A stretch of DNA of 44,820 bases from Candidatus Hydrogenedentota bacterium (GCA_034669905.1 JAXMOL010000060.1:1-44820); one strand, 5' to 3'. Shown: positions 28,789 through 38,903, counted from the first letter of the stretch. Notes: generated by a model from the letters alone, not told the origin. Numbers and translations: made by a program.

Positions 28789-29433
28789 TTAACTGTTATG
28801 TTTCTTGGCCGCGGCCAGGAACTCTTCGTTGGACAGGCGTACTTTAAAGTCAGGTTGGGAGAATACCCACGTGATTTTGCCCGATTTGTCGGTGAGAAAA
28901 ACGGCGGGAACGGGAAGTTGGCCGGTGTCGTGGCCCGTACTCTCAACGAGATGCTTCTTGTACCGCTTGGCCGTCTGCGGATCGAGCTGAAACGCCAGTC
29001 CCATGGCCTTGGCCGCGTCGAGCTTGGGATCGGAGTAGATATCGATACTGAGCTCGGCCTTTTCCTTGGCTTCGGCAATGTACTCCGGCTTGTCAGGGGT
29101 GACGGCGACAAGATTGATCCCCATCCCTTCCAGTTCACCCGCGATTTCTTTCAGTCCGGCGAGGTGCTTCATGCAGTAGGGGCACCAGTGACCCCGATAG
29201 AATACGAGGGCGGTGGGTTTCCCCGCCAGCGCCTTGGAGAGTTTGACCGTTTCACCCGATTCCGTCGTAACTTTGGTATCAGGCAGGGGGCTGCCCACGG
29301 CGAGGGGCTTCGCGGCTTCGGCCGACGGAGCGACCCCTTTGTTCTTACTCCTCGATCCCGCGGCAAAAGCAGGTGAGGTTATGGTTGCGAGACCGAGACC
29401 AATCCCGGCCTGTAGAAAATTGCGTCTGCGCAT
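28789..29433 (-). CDS. Peroxiredoxin-like AhpC/TSA family protein with Tat signal
   Basis: MRRRNFL, FYRGHWCPYC, LPVPAVF. Confidence 0.88.
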   Translation of the reverse strand: MRRRNFLQAGIGLGLATITSPAFAAGSRSKNKGVAPSAEAAKPLAVGSPLPDTKVTTESGETVKLSKALAGKPTALVFYRGHWCPYCMKHLAGLKEIAGELEGMGINLVAVTPDKPEYIAEAKEKAELSIDIYSDPKLDAAKAMGLAFQLDPQTAKRYKKHLVESTGHDTGQLPVPAVFLTDKSGKITWVFSQPDFKVRLSNEEFLAAAKKHNS

Positions 29434-29579
29434 TGGTGCTATCTCCTCTGTTCAAGCGAGTTTCTCGCGTGGGGGTACGTGCTCCTCGCCCCCGTGACTG
29501 GGGGCGTCGTTCAGCGACGTACTCTCATGTATTCCAGCAAGGGAACCTTTCAGGTCAGGCCTCGCCGGAAAAGGAAAGC

Positions 29580-29862
29580 CTGAATAAGCGAAGGTAGACC
29601 TCGATCAAATCCAACCCGTTCGTTACGACAGCGTACGCAAGCTCCTGCAATAGGCCAACGGACGTTCGGTTTGGCCGCTATTGACTAAAGAAGTCTTAGA
29701 CATTTGGGAGCGCAGGCGGCCCAGCTGCCACGGGCCGAAGGCACGTAGTTCTTACGTCTTCGACGTAACACAGGCGAGCCGCCTGCGCTCCCAGGCCCCA
29801 AATCTCTAAGATGGCAACCGAATGACTTGGAGAATGTTCGAGATGAATCTTCGCCTATCTAT
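29580..29862 (-). mobile_element. MITE-like element, copy 2 (inverted relative to copy 1)
   Basis: Its reverse complement is colinear with 21318-21600, about 90% identical by eye. Ends CTGAATAAGCGAAG / CTTCGCCTATCTA. Confidence 0.85.
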
Positions 29863-32024
29863 CGTAGCAGTGGGTCACGGAGGAGCCGGAGCCCATTGAA
29901 GATAACGAGCAATGACGCCCCCATATCGGCCGCAATGGCCATCCAGAGCGTAGCAAATCCCAACAAGGCCAGGACGACGAAGGCGAGCTTGAGACCGAGG
30001 GCAAAAAAGATGTTCTGCTTGATCACGGCCAGGGTTCGACGGGAGTGATTCACGAGCCAGGCAACACGGGTGAGGTCATCGGACATGAGTGCGATGTCGG
30101 CCGTCTCAATGGCCACATCGGTGCCCATGACGCCCATGGCAATGCCGAGTTGGGCCTCGGCCATGGCGGGGGCATCGTTAACACCATCACCGATCATAGC
30201 CACGTGGCCATGCTGCTTGACCAGTGCAGCAACGGCAGCTACCTTGTCTTCTGGCAGCAACTCGGCCTGAAACTGGTCGACCCCGCAGCAATTTGCGATG
30301 GCCTTGGCGGTTCCCTCGTTGTCGCCCGTGAGCATGACCACTTCGCTGATACCCGCTGCGTGCATGGCGGACACCGCTTCCGCCGCGTTTTCCCGGACCG
30401 CGTCCCCCACGCTGATGAGGCCACAGACATGGTCGTCATTCCCGATGGCGATGACGGAATGTCCTGCGTCTTCCATGGCCTGGGCGAGATCGTGAATGTC
30501 TGGCCGCGATGCACCCTTCTCATGAAGAAGCTTGTGGCTGCCAATCCAGAAGTTTCTTCCGTCCAGTTGACCTTCGGCCCCTTTCCCCTTCAAGATCCGG
30601 AAGCCCGTGGCCGGAGTCGCTTCGATGCCCTCCTGCCTGGCCCGCGCGAGGACCGCCCGTGCGAGGGGGTGTTCGCTGCCCATCTCCAGGGCGGCGGCCC
30701 GCTCCAGCAATTCCGGCACCGTGTGGCCGTTCAGGGGTTCAATGCGTTGGACTTCCGGTTTGCCCTCCGTCAGGGTGCCCGTTTTGTCCATGGCGATGGC
30801 TTTCAGATGGGCAGGCGCTTCGAGAAAGACGCCGCCCTTCACCAGGATACCGGCCCGTGCCGCCGTGCTGAGGCCCGCCACGATACTGACGGGGGTAGAG
30901 ATGACCAGGGCACAGGGACAGGCGATGACCAGGATAACCAGGGCCTGGTAGACCCAATCGAGCCAGGCACCACCGAAAAAGAGGGGCGGCACGAGGGCAA
31001 TGAGGAGGGCCAGCACCATCATCGCCGGGGTGTAGTAGCGTGCGAAGCGTTCCACCCATTGCTCGGACTGGGCACGGCGCTGTTGGGCGCTTTCCACCAT
31101 CTGGATGATGCGGGCGACCGTGCTGTCGTCGGCCGTGGAGGTTGCCTTGAATTCGAAGGCACCGTCTTCATTAATGGTTCCGGCAAAGACCGAGTCCCCC
31201 GGTGCGATAGCGACGGGAATGGACTCGCCGGTAATCGGGGCCTGATTGACCGCGCTCTCCCCCTTGCTTACCGTGCCGTCCAGGGGAATTTTCTCGCCAG
31301 GCCGCACGAGTACGGTGACCCCGGGGGGCACGTCCCCCACCGGCTTCTCTTCAATATCGCCGTCGTGGGGACAGATGTATCGGGCAACGCTCGGGGTCAG
31401 ATCCATGAGGGAGCTGATAGCATTGCGGGCCCGGCCGACGCTCCAGGACTCCAGCAGCAGGGCAATGGCAAAGAGACAGGAAACGGCCGCCGCTTCGAAC
31501 CATTCGCCGATGATACCCGCGCCAATGACGGCGGTAATCATGAGAAGGTTCATATCGGGACGAAGGGCGCGGGCGGCATAGAGGGCCTTGGGGAAAATAA
31601 ACCATCCGCCACTTAGAATCGCCAGCAGGTAGGCGATTCGTGAGAAGAGTGGATAGCCTACGGCCTCCTCTCCACCGGTGAAAGCGGCCTCCAGTCCGGC
31701 GCTGCCCACATGCCAGCCGAATCCCAGGAGGATAGCGGCGGCGCTGAGTGCGGCGCAGACGCTTCGTCCATGGGCTTCCCAGAAGGAGACGCCCTCGGCC
31801 TGGCGGGCCACATGGTCCGCCCAGGGAATGGCCTGGAGCCCCGTCTTGTTGATGGCTCCGATAATGGATTCCGACTGGTCGGTGCCGTCCGTGACGGTTA
31901 GTTTTCCATTCATGAGGTCAAAGGCCAACGCTTCTTCGTCGACCAGGGTGCGGAGTGCTCCTTTAATGAGCGCCACTTCTTCCGCACAGTCCAGCCCCCT
32001 GATTTTGAGTGTCAATGCGTTCAC
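29859..32024 (-). CDS. cadA: Heavy-metal P1B-type ATPase, Zn/Cd/Pb (P1B-2) type
   Basis: GLDCAEE metal-binding domain, TGES, CPC, DKTGT, SEHPL, GDGVNDAP, TM K...ADMG signature. Confidence 0.92.
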   Translation of the reverse strand: MNALTLKIRGLDCAEEVALIKGALRTLVDEEALAFDLMNGKLTVTDGTDQSESIIGAINKTGLQAIPWADHVARQAEGVSFWEAHGRSVCAALSAAAILLGFGWHVGSAGLEAAFTGGEEAVGYPLFSRIAYLLAILSGGWFIFPKALYAARALRPDMNLLMITAVIGAGIIGEWFEAAAVSCLFAIALLLESWSVGRARNAISSLMDLTPSVARYICPHDGDIEEKPVGDVPPGVTVLVRPGEKIPLDGTVSKGESAVNQAPITGESIPVAIAPGDSVFAGTINEDGAFEFKATSTADDSTVARIIQMVESAQQRRAQSEQWVERFARYYTPAMMVLALLIALVPPLFFGGAWLDWVYQALVILVIACPCALVISTPVSIVAGLSTAARAGILVKGGVFLEAPAHLKAIAMDKTGTLTEGKPEVQRIEPLNGHTVPELLERAAALEMGSEHPLARAVLARARQEGIEATPATGFRILKGKGAEGQLDGRNFWIGSHKLLHEKGASRPDIHDLAQAMEDAGHSVIAIGNDDHVCGLISVGDAVRENAAEAVSAMHAAGISEVVMLTGDNEGTAKAIANCCGVDQFQAELLPEDKVAAVAALVKQHGHVAMIGDGVNDAPAMAEAQLGIAMGVMGTDVAIETADIALMSDDLTRVAWLVNHSRRTLAVIKQNIFFALGLKLAFVVLALLGFATLWMAIAADMGASLLVIFNGLRLLRDPLLR

Positions 32025-32210
32025 AGCAGATTCCTTTCGGTCATAGAATCATTATGACGTGACAGGTCCCCCGGTTGCAAGGAGGGTGCTGAAAAGCCTT
32101 GTAAATAAAGGGCGATATGAGTTTGGGACCCCATTATCGATAGGGGCTGCAGGTTGGGGCGAGCGACCCGAAAGAAAGGGGCCTGGGTTGGTAAATCGTT
32201 GATGCGACAT

Positions 32211-32240
32211 TTGCCAAGGCAGAGAATTCTGGTATATACT
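32211..32240 (+). promoter_or_regulatory. Sigma70-like promoter for the efflux operon; predicted TSS close to the ATG at 32248
   Basis: TTGCCA (32211-32216), 18 nt, TATACT (32235-32240). Confidence 0.55.
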
Positions 32241-32247
32241 CCAAAGC

Positions 32248-32670
32248 ATGAGTATGGGTTCTTTCATAACGCGGCTCTTCTTTGCCCTGTGGTTATGCGT
32301 GGGTGCGCAGCTTCACGTGGCCGTCGATCATGCGGCGGCGCTCGGGCACGCGTCCCACCATCTCTTCGAGACCCATCAGCAGGCAGCGCCGTCGGTGGCA
32401 TTTGTCAGCCACGATGACACCCTGTGCTGCTACCATACGCCCGCCCATCAACATCATGATGATGGTGCCCCCCACGCCCATTTTGGAGAGGCCCTGCTGG
32501 TTCCCTCTACCCAGCGCCCCTTGCAGGCCCTGCACGTCGCTATTCTTCCGATTCGCCTCATGGAGGCACTCCAGGAATCGGCTCCCGTCCGTCCGGAAAT
32601 TCAGGCCGAGACGGCCCCCACTACCCCCTACCTCCGCCTCGCGACCCTCCGTGGTCCGCCGGTAGCCTGA
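32248..32670 (+). CDS. His-rich DUF2946/CzcI-like putative leader (arrest) peptide ending in RGPP
   Basis: Hydrophobic N-terminus, HASHH, CCYHTPAHQHHDDGAPHAH, ends YLRLATLRGPPVA. First ORF of the efflux operon. Confidence 0.72.
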   Translation: MSMGSFITRLFFALWLCVGAQLHVAVDHAAALGHASHHLFETHQQAAPSVAFVSHDDTLCCYHTPAHQHHDDGAPHAHFGEALLVPSTQRPLQALHVAILPIRLMEALQESAPVRPEIQAETAPTTPYLRLATLRGPPVA

Positions 32671-32781
32671 CGCGTAATTTTATAGCGTAACGGCAACCTG
32701 TTGTGGACCTCTCGGGTCCGCGAGAACGCATTGCCAGATACCCCCATCACGGGCGGCAACTGCGTGTAGAGGAATTACCCC

Positions 32782-34206
32782 ATGAAACGATTGTTTTCGG
32801 GGATCGTGTGTACCGGCGTTTTTCTGACGGCTTTTTCCGGCTGTCAGACTGTAGCACCACGTCCCCTTGGGCTGAAAAGCCATTTAGAAGCCCTGGATTC
32901 CCGGGTGCTTGAAACCGAGCCGGTCCTGGCCTTTGCCCAGGCCCTGGCAAGCGGTGAAGGTGGTGCCGATCGGCCACCGGAGTTTAATCCCAAGGACGGC
33001 ATTTCACTGGCCGAGGCGGAGGCCATCGCCCTCTGGTACAACCCGACGCTTCGGATGGCGCGGTTGGAAGTGGAACGTGCGGCAGCGCAGGCCGCCGTGG
33101 CCGGTCGATGGGATGACCCCTCGTTGGAGCTGTCCCGAGGGCGGGAACGGGAACGCGTCTATGACGCGGAGAGCGAGCGGAGCGTGATTGAGCGCACGTG
33201 GATCAGTGCTGCTTCGCTGAGTATTACCATTCCACTTTCGGGTCGATTGGCCGCCGCACGACGGGCCCGCTCTGCCGAGGTGGCGGAAGCCATGGAGCAG
33301 GTGGCCGAGGCAGAACTGAATCTGCTGACCCGCCTTCGTTCCGACTGGCTGCAGTGGTCGGCATCCCTGACGCGTCTTCAATTGTTGGAAGCACACCTGA
33401 CCATTTTATCCGATGTGTCTGCTATCGCCCACGCCCTGTCGGCCGCCGGTGAACTCGAACCGGGTAGTGCCAGGATGTTTGCCATCGAGATGGCGCAGCA
33501 AGAGGCACAACATGCGGAACTGACGATGTTGGACGCTGCCCACCGGACTGGCTTACTGGAGACCATGGGGCTTGTGCCTGATGCGCCGGTCACGTTGGAG
33601 GCGGCCCTTCCTGACGTACAGTCCGTGGGGCGGGAAGAGCTGGAGGACGATAGTCTCCTGCTGAGTCACCCGGCAGTCACCCGCCTGGTCGCGGCCTATG
33701 AAGCGTCTGAGGCACGCCTTCGGGTCGAAATCAGGAAGCAGTTTCCCGATATTACCCTGACGCCCGGATATAGCGACGAGGGCGCGCTGACCTCTGCCAT
33801 GTTGGGCATAGGCGTTCCCCTTCCGGTATGGAACGCCAATCGGGCTGGTATTGCGGACGCCCTGGCGGACCGGGAAATAGCCCGTGCCCGGGCGGAGGCA
33901 AAGGTGCTGGCCCTCAAGAGTGCACTGGCCCAGGCCGATGCCCGGCGACAGGGGGCTCAAAAACGTCGGGAGCAATTGGCTACCGAGGCGGCCCCCCTGG
34001 TGGACAAACAGATGGAAGAGGCCCGGGCCCTTCTGGAAATAGGCGAAGCGGATGCCGTTATGCTGTTCCAGGCGCTGACCCAGGCCAATGGGATCAAGCA
34101 GTCGTTATTGGACGCCACCGTGGAAGAAGGATTGGCCCAGGTGGCCCTCCAGTCCATCGTGGCCCCGTTCCGTTTTGTCCCGGAAATCGGGGAGGAGGCG
34201 CCATGA
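32782..34206 (+). CDS. TolC-family outer membrane efflux lipoprotein (CzcC-like)
   Basis: Lipobox FSGC, ALWYNPTL, QFPDITL, GVPLPVWNANR. Operon context. Confidence 0.88.
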   Translation: MKRLFSGIVCTGVFLTAFSGCQTVAPRPLGLKSHLEALDSRVLETEPVLAFAQALASGEGGADRPPEFNPKDGISLAEAEAIALWYNPTLRMARLEVERAAAQAAVAGRWDDPSLELSRGRERERVYDAESERSVIERTWISAASLSITIPLSGRLAAARRARSAEVAEAMEQVAEAELNLLTRLRSDWLQWSASLTRLQLLEAHLTILSDVSAIAHALSAAGELEPGSARMFAIEMAQQEAQHAELTMLDAAHRTGLLETMGLVPDAPVTLEAALPDVQSVGREELEDDSLLLSHPAVTRLVAAYEASEARLRVEIRKQFPDITLTPGYSDEGALTSAMLGIGVPLPVWNANRAGIADALADREIARARAEAKVLALKSALAQADARRQGAQKRREQLATEAAPLVDKQMEEARALLEIGEADAVMLFQALTQANGIKQSLLDATVEEGLAQVALQSIVAPFRFVPEIGEEAP

Positions 34207-35696
34207 GCCCCACCCGTTCTCCCAAGCAGTCCCTGCGGTTTTCTGCGTGGTGGCCGATCACGCGAGTATCTCGACTTTTCCGCCCCTCGGGGCGCGGAGC
34301 CTTTTTGATGACGTATTCCTTCCCAAGTATTGCTTCGACTTTCCAACCGGGGGTCCTGTTGGCGATAGTAACGGCCCTCCTTCTCCCTGGATGTATTCAA
34401 GATCCAGCGGCGGTGGATAGCACGATTGAGACCAGTGACTCCCCCATCGTTTCCCAGTCGGAAACCGTTGTTGGCGGGGTGGCCATCCCCCATAACGTGC
34501 GGCAAAACCTCGGTATTACCTTCGCCCAGGTGGAACGTCGCCGGGTGGAAAATACCCTGCGTGTTCCCGGGGTCTTTGAACTGCTTCCGGGGGCACGGCA
34601 CGAGTATCGTGCCCTGTTGGCGGGCCATGTAACCCTGGCCGTATCCCAATTCGACACGGTGGAAAAAGGGGACCTGCTCTTTTCGCTTGATTCCCCTGAC
34701 TGGCGGCGGGTGCAGCACGAGGCCGTGGAGGCCGAAGGTGAAATCACGATTGCTAAAGCGGCCCTTCGCGTGGCACAAACGCGGCTCGCGGAAGCCCGGA
34801 CTTCGGCGGAAATCGCCAACCAACGGGTAGAAAATCTGGCGACGGTAAAGGTCCGAAAGGCCCCCCTGGAGGCGGAAGCGGCTGCCCTCAACGGGAGCAT
34901 CGTCCGACTGCAGGCCGAAATTGATGCGGCCAGTGCTGCGTTGCTCGAGACGGAGGAGCATTACCGTTCCCGTCTGAACACCCTCTCCTCAATCGCATCC
35001 GTACCGGTAGATGCGCTGCTGGCGCCGGATGATGAGGGGGTTCCTGCCTGGCGGCACATCCTGGCGCTTGAGGTCCGCGCCAAAGCCGCGGGCCGGGTGG
35101 AAAATGTGATGGTCAACCAGGGGGCCTGGCTTGAAACGGGTTCCCTCGCGCTGACCGTGTTGGATCCCGAAGCGATTCGCTTCGTGGGTGAGGCCCCCCA
35201 GTCTGAGCTTTCACAACTGCGGGATGGCATGGTATGCCAGATCGTGCCGCCAGAAGGGGGCGGCTCCGACCTTCAAGATGGTATCCAGGGGGCCATGCAA
35301 ATCGGATTGACGGCCCATGAGGATGACCGGACCATTCCGCTTTACATCACGCCGGAAAGCACGGCCAGTTGGGTTCGTGCGGGCGTCTCGGCCTATCTGG
35401 ATATCCCCCGTGAAAGCGCGGAGGCAGAGCTGGCAATTCCCCGTGCCTCCCTCGTGCAGGAGGGGCTGGACACCGTGTTTTTCCGCCGCGATCCCCGGGA
35501 TCCCGACCGGGTCTTGTCCGTCAAGGCAGACCTGGGGCCGACCGATGGCCGTTGGGTGGTCGTGCGCAGTGGGGTGAAAGAAGGGGACGACGTGGTGCTT
35601 GACGGTGCCTATGCCCTGAAGCTTGCCGGTGGTGCCAACAAGGCGCCCGAGGGCTACCACTATCACGCTGACGGTCAGCTCCACAAGAACCATTAG
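34203..35696 (+). CDS. RND periplasmic adaptor / membrane fusion protein (CzcB-like)
   Basis: ATG overlapping the TolC stop with SD GGAGGAGG. Coiled coil, LAIPRASLV, GVKEGDDVVLDGAY, His-rich tail GYHYHADGQLH. Start could be further downstream. Confidence 0.85.
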   Translation: MSPTRSPKQSLRFSAWWPITRVSRLFRPSGRGAFLMTYSFPSIASTFQPGVLLAIVTALLLPGCIQDPAAVDSTIETSDSPIVSQSETVVGGVAIPHNVRQNLGITFAQVERRRVENTLRVPGVFELLPGARHEYRALLAGHVTLAVSQFDTVEKGDLLFSLDSPDWRRVQHEAVEAEGEITIAKAALRVAQTRLAEARTSAEIANQRVENLATVKVRKAPLEAEAAALNGSIVRLQAEIDAASAALLETEEHYRSRLNTLSSIASVPVDALLAPDDEGVPAWRHILALEVRAKAAGRVENVMVNQGAWLETGSLALTVLDPEAIRFVGEAPQSELSQLRDGMVCQIVPPEGGGSDLQDGIQGAMQIGLTAHEDDRTIPLYITPESTASWVRAGVSAYLDIPRESAEAELAIPRASLVQEGLDTVFFRRDPRDPDRVLSVKADLGPTDGRWVVVRSGVKEGDDVVLDGAYALKLAGGANKAPEGYHYHADGQLHKNH

Positions 35697-35709
35697 AAAG
35701 GGCGCAATC

Positions 35710-38700
35710 ATGTTAAAACGACTTATCGCCTTTTCGCTGGACAATGCCGCGCTCGTGCTCGTGTTAGCGGCATTGACCCTGGGCATCTCGGCCTACCGGA
35801 TGGTGCATATGCCGGTGGATGTATTTCCCGAATTGAATGCCCCTACCGTGGTGTTGCTCTCCGAAGCCGGGGGCCTCGCCGCCGACGAAGTGGAACAGTA
35901 TGTCACCTTTCCCCTGGAAAGCGCCGTGAACGGCTTGCCCGGGGTGCGCCGTGTGCGCAGTGGCAGCGCCATGGGACTTTCCCTGGTCTGGGTGGAGTTT
36001 GATTGGGGTATGGATATCTACCGGGCGCGTCAAGTCGTGAGCGAAGGGCTCGCGGGCGTGCTGGAAATGTTGCCGGAGCAGGTGCACACCGAAATCGCAC
36101 CCATTACGGGAATCACCGGTGAAATCATGATGTTGAGCCTGAGCTCTCCGGACGGCTCGGCGTCGCCCCTGGACCTCCGGGGCTTTGCAGAGTTTGAGCT
36201 GCGTCAGCGTCTTCTGAGCGTGTCGGGGGTGTCACAGGTCGTCGCCATTGGCGGTGAGCTTCCGGAATACCAGGTTCACGTCCGTCAGGATGCCATGCGC
36301 CTTTATAGCGTCGGTATCGATGAGGTGGCAGAAGCCGCGGCGGCGGCTCATAGCACGGCCAGTGCGGGATACTTGGCCAACATCGGCGGCATTGAACTTC
36401 CCTTGCGTCAGACGGCGCGGGTGAAGGAGGCCTCGGATATCCGGAACACTATCGTGAAGTATGTACACGGTGTCCCGGTGACCATTGGCCAGGTGGCCGA
36501 TGTGGAGTTGGGTGCCGCACCGAAACGGGGCACAGGCAGTGCGGCCGGCGATCCTGCCGTGGTGGTGGCCATTAAGAAGGCGCCCTTTACCAATACCCTT
36601 CAGATCACCGATGAGATAGATGCGGTCCTCAATGATGTGGAGGCCTCCCTCCCACCGGGTATGGTGCTGGACCGCAACGTGATGCGCCAGGCGGATTTCA
36701 TCCATCTTTCCCTCAACAATCTGATTGTTGTGCTGCGGGATGCGGCGTTCTTTGTGGCCATCGTGCTAATCATGTTCCTGATGAACGTACGTACGACGGT
36801 CATCACCCTCACGGCCATTCCTCTTTCCATGGCGGTGGCGATGCTCTTCCTCGACGCCTTGGGGCTCACCATCAATGTGATGACCCTGGGGGGCCTGGCC
36901 ATTGCCATCGGGGAGCTGGTGGATGACGCCATCATCGACGTGGAAAACGTCTATCGTCGTCTGGGTGAGAACAGTCAGCTCCCCGAGGAGAAACGCCGGC
37001 CCCGGACGCGGGTAATCTATGAGGCGAGCAATGAAATTCGCTCGTCGGTTGTTTTCGCCACCGTCATTATCGTCGTGGTCTTCGTGCCCCTGCTCTTCTT
37101 GCAGGGCATTGAAGGGCGCTTCTTCCGTCCCATGGGCTACGCCTATATTGTGTCGATTCTGGCGTCTCTGGTGGTGGCCCTGACGGTGGTGCCTGCCCTG
37201 TGCAAGGTGCTGCTGGGCGGTAAGACGAAACACCATGATGGCGATGGGGTGCTGGTGCGCTATCTGAAGAAAGTGTATCTCCCCCTCCTCCGCACGGCGA
37301 TCCGGTTGCGCCATGGGGTGCTGGCCGCGGCGCTGGTGTTGACCGGGTTGAGCCTTTGGCTGGCCTCTACCTATGGGAGCGATTTCCTGCCGGAGTTTAA
37401 TGAAGGCACCTTTACGGTTTTCACCGATGCGCCTCCGGGGACGTCGTTGGAAGAAAGTGACCTGATGGTGAAAGGACTCGACCGCTCGCTGGCGGCAATC
37501 GAGGGCGTCAATGCGGTGGTGCGCCGTACCGGTCGGGCCGAGCGGGATGAGCACGCCCACGGGGTCAACCGCAGTGAAATCCAGGTGACGGTCAAGCCGG
37601 GCTACGAGAAGGCGGCTATTCAGGAGAAGATCTATGAGGTCCTGAAAAACGTGCCGGCCCTGGTCACCGAGGTGGGTTCCCCCATCGGTCACCAGCTTTC
37701 TCATGTCATGTCGGGGACCCAGGCGGCCATTGCCATCAACGTGTTTGGTGAAGATCTGGATAAGCTACGTGATATCGCGAAGCGGGTGGATGCTGAGCTG
37801 AAGACCTTGCCCGGCACGCGGGATGTGCTCGCGAACCGGGAGGCCATGGTGGAGTCTTTGCCCATTCAATACCGGAGCGAAGACCTCAAGCGTTGGGGTC
37901 TCACTCCGGCTTCCGCAGCCTACCAGGTGGAAGCCGCGCTCAACGGGGTGGTGGTCGCTGAGGTGAACCAGGGGCTTCGCCGCTATGACCTGATCGTGCG
38001 GCTTCACCCCGACGAGCGTCAAGACGTGGAGGACATTGGTAATCTCCTCCTCATCGGTGAAGGGGGTGCCCTCGTGAAGCTGACGGAGGTAGCCCATGTG
38101 CGGCCCGAGTTGATGCCCCTGGGCATCCAGCGGGAAAATGGCCGGCGCAAAGCGGTTATCTCATTGAACGTGGCTGAAGGCTACAACATTGGCGATCTGG
38201 TGGCCCAGGTGAAAGAGAAAGTAGACCCGATTGTTCGAGAATACGGTTACAGCGCGAGCTATGGAGGGCAGTTTGAAGCGCAGCAATCGGCCAGTCGGGC
38301 GATCTATCTTATGGGTGCCTTTGTCAGTGTGGTGATTCTGGTGTTGCTCTCCAGTGCCTTTAATTCCACCCGCGCGGCCTTTCTCGTGATGCTGAATCTC
38401 CCCCTGGCCCTGATTGGTGGAATCGTGGCCATTTTTCTCACGGAAAGCACCAGTCTTGTGGCGAACCTGTTTGCCCTGGTCGGCATGGGCGCCTATGAGG
38501 CACCGGTGATTTCCATCGCCAGTATGGTCGGGTTCGTTACCCTCTTCGGGATTGCCGTGCGAAACGGCATCCTGCTGGTGAATCACTATACCCACCTCAT
38601 GCTCGTTGAGGGTAAGTCCTTCGAGGATGCGGTGGTACAGGGGTCCCTGGAACGTCTTGTGCCGATCCTGATGACGGCGCTGACGGCGGTCTTGGGACTT

Positions 38701-38886
38701 ATTCCGATTGCATTGGCCAAAGGCGAACCCGGCAGTGAACTGCTGGCGCCCCTGGCTATCGTGGTGCTGGGAGGACTTGTGACGTCCACCCTGCTTAATC
38801 TGGTCGTAGTCCCGGCGGGCTACTACCTGCTCTTTCGCAATAATCCGATTGCCGCAAAAAGGGCATCGGAAAAGGCAGCAGCATAA
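35710..38886 (+). CDS. czcA: Heavy-metal efflux RND permease (CusA/CzcA family)
   Basis: PVDVFPEL, NVMTLGGLAIAIGELVDDAIIDVEN, GIEGRFFRPM, TGRAERDEHA, GFVTLFGIAVRNG, ERLVPILMTAL. Confidence 0.9.
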   Translation: MLKRLIAFSLDNAALVLVLAALTLGISAYRMVHMPVDVFPELNAPTVVLLSEAGGLAADEVEQYVTFPLESAVNGLPGVRRVRSGSAMGLSLVWVEFDWGMDIYRARQVVSEGLAGVLEMLPEQVHTEIAPITGITGEIMMLSLSSPDGSASPLDLRGFAEFELRQRLLSVSGVSQVVAIGGELPEYQVHVRQDAMRLYSVGIDEVAEAAAAAHSTASAGYLANIGGIELPLRQTARVKEASDIRNTIVKYVHGVPVTIGQVADVELGAAPKRGTGSAAGDPAVVVAIKKAPFTNTLQITDEIDAVLNDVEASLPPGMVLDRNVMRQADFIHLSLNNLIVVLRDAAFFVAIVLIMFLMNVRTTVITLTAIPLSMAVAMLFLDALGLTINVMTLGGLAIAIGELVDDAIIDVENVYRRLGENSQLPEEKRRPRTRVIYEASNEIRSSVVFATVIIVVVFVPLLFLQGIEGRFFRPMGYAYIVSILASLVVALTVVPALCKVLLGGKTKHHDGDGVLVRYLKKVYLPLLRTAIRLRHGVLAAALVLTGLSLWLASTYGSDFLPEFNEGTFTVFTDAPPGTSLEESDLMVKGLDRSLAAIEGVNAVVRRTGRAERDEHAHGVNRSEIQVTVKPGYEKAAIQEKIYEVLKNVPALVTEVGSPIGHQLSHVMSGTQAAIAINVFGEDLDKLRDIAKRVDAELKTLPGTRDVLANREAMVESLPIQYRSEDLKRWGLTPASAAYQVEAALNGVVVAEVNQGLRRYDLIVRLHPDERQDVEDIGNLLLIGEGGALVKLTEVAHVRPELMPLGIQRENGRRKAVISLNVAEGYNIGDLVAQVKEKVDPIVREYGYSASYGGQFEAQQSASRAIYLMGAFVSVVILVLLSSAFNSTRAAFLVMLNLPLALIGGIVAIFLTESTSLVANLFALVGMGAYEAPVISIASMVGFVTLFGIAVRNGILLVNHYTHLMLVEGKSFEDAVVQGSLERLVPILMTALTAVLGLIPIALAKGEPGSELLAPLAIVVLGGLVTSTLLNLVVVPAGYYLLFRNNPIAAKRASEKAAA

Positions 38887-38903
38887 CCCCAAAGGAGGTA
38901 ATT

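Noticed and set aside
28789..29525. Selenoprotein/SECIS for the peroxiredoxin-like gene
   Set aside because: The active site is CPYC with normal Cys codons and there is no in-frame TGA. The upstream hairpin is unexplained but not SECIS-positioned.
30045..31616. 523-aa plus-strand ORF
   Set aside because: Antisense shadow of the P1B ATPase.
33828..34202. N-terminal extension of the adaptor ORF
   Set aside because: It overlaps the TolC gene out of frame. A good SD and ATGA coupling point to a start at 34203.
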